Shown here one piece after another: positions 60,806 to 64,000 of a stretch of DNA of 64,000 bases. The DNA lies in NCBI GenBank assembly GCA_036172245.1, contig JAYWIR010000011.1:868001-932000 (forward strand), read 5' to 3'. Source of the DNA: Raillietiella orientalis. Lineage: Eukaryota. Within the stretch, counting starts at the first letter, position 1. The number at the start of each line of letters is the position of its first letter. The translations under genes were made by a program, and so were the position numbers. The notes under the pieces are model-generated. The model was not told where the DNA came from, did not search any database, and worked only from the letters and a program-made list of their open reading frames with translations.

Positions 60806-62899
60806 CTGTTTGTGGAGGGTATCTTTAGAAAATGATTACTGAGAGTAGGCAGACTTTTGGCCACCTTTTCTCCAGAAGAACCAATATTCTTATTCTCAAT
60901 AAGACTATTTAATTATTTCGAGTGTATGCTTTTGTGACTGCTAAAACTCACGCGAGACTCTAGCTCCCGGTGTTTTCGTGTTTATTGACAGCTGAAAAAC
61001 ACGCACTTTCCCGGATTTTTGCTTCCCTTAGCACTACATATATTCTACATCCTGTAATCACATCTCGACGATGTAATAGTAGCGGATCAGGCTACAGTGT
61101 ACATTTTCATACCGAATGGTATACATAGGCACCTGATAAGTTAGGCTCAACCTTCGAGACCATGTCGTATTGAGCAGTCACACACACACAAATACGACTA
61201 AATGTTTAACTGCCAATCCTCAAAACTCAAATCGCCTTTCGAATACACGCACAGCCTGCCTTCCCAATAGTTCATACACTGACTGATCTTCCTACAAAAA
61301 AACAAACAAACAAACAAACCTTAAGACACATAGTCAGGAGCCACCGCCAGCCAAATACACAGTCAGGTCTCCCCAGAAGTGGGTCCTCTGGTCATATAGC
61401 ACCCTGAAGAATAAGACATGATCAGTGTCTGACCAACTTGTCGAAGACACAACAACCTCGCAATCGCCAATCACCTTTAACAGCTCCCAGCATCATTTAG
61501 GGAGTGGAATTAATGGAACAGGCTTAATCGTTTCTCAGCTCTTTTCGAATTGGCGCCAGGCGTTTGCTCAGTAGCGCGAGAGCATTGCTCCACGACCTGA
61601 TGTGAGAGCATGCACGACACTTCCGGGTAATCATCGTGCAAAGCTCGGTGCTCCCAGCAGCAGAAACCCACGTTCAGTTTCCTCAGCAACTTTGCATTTC
61701 TAATGGTGGATGCGGAGATAGATGATTACGCACGCATGTATCCATTTATGTATGTACAAGTGATCTAAGCAGTACATAGATAGACCAAGTAGACAATACG
61801 GAAACGGGTGATGCTTGTTAGAAAGCAAGGAGAGAGATGCAGAGTTAACCGGAACGGTCCCACGCAGCGGACATTGGCGTGAAAAGCAATGCGTTGCCTG
61901 AGAGACGGCATCATCGTTCTGGTCCGCTCTGCCGGTGGCCCACGCGCCTCGCTGCAGTGGCAGTGCAACACGCAAATCGCACACCGTGGGCTGGAGCTTC
62001 TGTACAGGAATAAAGAGAATCCTGTACCAATTTCTGTTTTGGTTCCAGCCCGGGTACTTGCGCTGGTGTTTGCCGGCACAGGACAAAGGACTGGACGAAA
62101 AACCGTCCATGCGGGTGTTGAAACTCCGAAGAAGCGGAGTGACGGTGAACGCCACCTTCACGGCTACAAGACAGATGCACAACGCTGCTCTTGGTCAGTT
62201 CACTCTCGTTTGGGTTGTGCTTTTATTTGATTCTGTGTGGTAGAGAACACGCAAAGATGGTCGATCACGATGACAAGAGGGAAGTAGCGTTTGCATTTCT
62301 TACGGCATTTATGAAACGTCGTTTCAGTGAAGCGTGCGGTGCAGGAGCGAAAGCACAGCATCCCAGGTCGTCCTATCGTCGTGTTCATCAAGGATGTCTT
62401 TGCTGGCTGCAGAATCAGTTTGGTCGTTCTCAGCCAGTCTGCGCAACCTGTGGCTGAAAACACGAAGGAGCACGTCTCGAAATCCGCACTATAGGGAAGA
62501 TGCACTGCGAATCACTTGGTGCATGTGCTTGAAGAACATCCACTCTATCCAGTGATCTGCTTGTTTGCTCTGCAGTCCCCACGCACCCCAAGGTAGGTCT
62601 AGAACGACTCCCGAAAGCACGCTTGGTTTCATAGTGACTTTTGCTGATCAGAGAGCCAAGGAAGAATTTTCTATCGAATCTCTAGAGATAGTATTTGCCT
62701 TTGAACCTTTTAAAATCGGAAACGAGATCCGCAGTGCTAGGGATTCCACCAAATAGGAGCACGTTGTTCCTCCCGTACTGATTCTGTTATTCCCACGTCC
62801 TGGAATAAAATTTTCTGATTACTTAATAAAACTAAGAATTACCTCGCTTTTCCTCGGAAGAGCTTTGCAGATGCCGGCGTTTATATGATCAAAGGAGAA

Positions 62900-63900
62900 T
62901 GTGCCTTCCCGCAGAATTCCGGAAGAACAAGAAATTTCACACCTTTATTGGCTTCTGCTACCATTTGCTTTCCATTCATTTTCTTTAACACGGGGAGAAG
63001 CAGTCACTGAGAATGAAATTCGTACTGGGGGCCTCACGTTTCCAAGCTACGGAGGAGAACCCGCTAAATTTTCGACCACTTTCCGTTTGCGACCATCGCA
63101 AGGTATGTCGTCTCCAGATCAACCCATACCAGGCAGCAAAAAAAATTTTCAGACTCGGATTTTTCTGATGACCACCCTCTCTTCGCTGTTTTTGGTATAG
63201 CGGTATATCGATGAACAGAATTCCTGGAAAGAGAATGGATTCACTGAGAACGATGTCGCGAAATAGAGTTCGAATGGTCTCTAAGTGAAATTTGGAATTC
63301 GGTGATCGCATCTAACCGAGGATTTACTCTTGGTAGTTGAGCAAGAAGATTCTCGCACGTGAACCACTTAGTGGAAGAACGCAGGACTTGTCTTCGAGCT
63401 ACGGATGAGGGGAAAAACACCCACCAGACGTTTCCAGTTCTTCAGCAACACAGTGACTGAAAGATTTCGTACTTGCGTGAATGCAGGTAATGGCTGGCGT
63501 TTCTTTGCCAGGTAATTTAGGTGCCTTTCTTTCCATTTCAGGAACCCATTTCAGCGAAGGAACAAACAGCCCTTCGAGGGCAACAGGACGTGGATGTCCT
63601 CCCTTGAAGCTGCTTAATGGTTGCTTTGGAAATTTCGTGGCAGCAGATTGGAGTCTACCCGTCCACTCAATAAATGCCTTCCGCTTGGAGCTTCCGTAAA
63701 CTGGAAGATAATCCCGCAGGATACAAAGTCGAACGTAAACGCAAGACTTCAATTCGCTCGCACCATTTCGAGCAGCAGTATCCTTGCAGGTTCTTCGCTT
63801 TTTAAGGAGCGGACCGTTTTCTTCCACCCTTTCCGGAGACATAAAGACACAGACCTTCCTGGGAAACCTTTGGAGCAGAAGCATATGTGCAAGAACATAC
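62900..63900 (-). mobile_element. Decayed RT fragment (domains 0-2), possibly R4 clade
   Basis: 'PAITCIHASTKSFSHCVAEEL' resembles RPITCLxTxYKxF...xxRL in ORF 63399..63884. Confidence 0.5.
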
Positions 63901-64000
63901 TGGTATGCACGAGGAGCATTTCAAATGCAAGGGTCGATCGAATTATGAAGAAAGAACAAACGAGAGAAACAAAAATGGATTGGCGGTTCCAAACACATCC

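Noticed and set aside
61700..62243. Overlapping 100-160-aa ORFs as a host gene
   Set aside because: No recognisable family, and no frame is favoured.
1..64000. Hundreds of overlapping Arg/Pro/Ser/Gly-rich ORFs as protein-coding genes
   Set aside because: They overlap in all six frames, many use non-ATG starts, and none has an intact domain or operon/RBS logic. This is expected in GC-rich, stop-poor repeat DNA.
1..64000. CRISPR array or prokaryotic defence system
   Set aside because: There are no regularly spaced short direct repeats and no cas-like or other prokaryotic genes. Microsatellites, poly-A tracts and LINE fossils indicate a eukaryote.

Overview
This is eukaryotic repeat-derived DNA. 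It is mostly GC-rich and CpG-rich with AT-richer islands, and it is probably from an animal; one degenerate TTAGG tract weakly suggests an arthropod. I find no credible intact host gene, rRNA, true tRNA gene, operon or CRISPR array, and almost all ORFs in the track are spurious. The window is a dense, scrambled graveyard of heavily decayed non-LTR retrotransposons of the restriction-like-endonuclease (RLE; R2/NeSL/Utopia/R4) group. I recognised them by eye from remnant protein motifs on both strands. The most collinear copy is at about 48.6-51.05 kb (-) and runs from RT domain 0 to the RLE. Several structures are layered on top. (i) A nearly identical 1.54-kb inverted repeat (32453-33987 / 42970-44505) flanks about 9 kb. 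(ii) A five-copy tRNA-like head module, usually with two B-boxes, leads into a shared body. (iii) A recurrent composite repeat joins a structured non-coding module (AATAAA + hairpin, CTGCCG/CGGCAG stem, A-rich tract) to the same point of an RT-thumb fragment. (iv) There is a probable Ulp1/C48-protease remnant, as in NeSL elements. (v) There is an excess of long perfect palindromes. Family assignments rest on remembered consensus motifs rather than database searches, and most retroelement boundaries are approximate.
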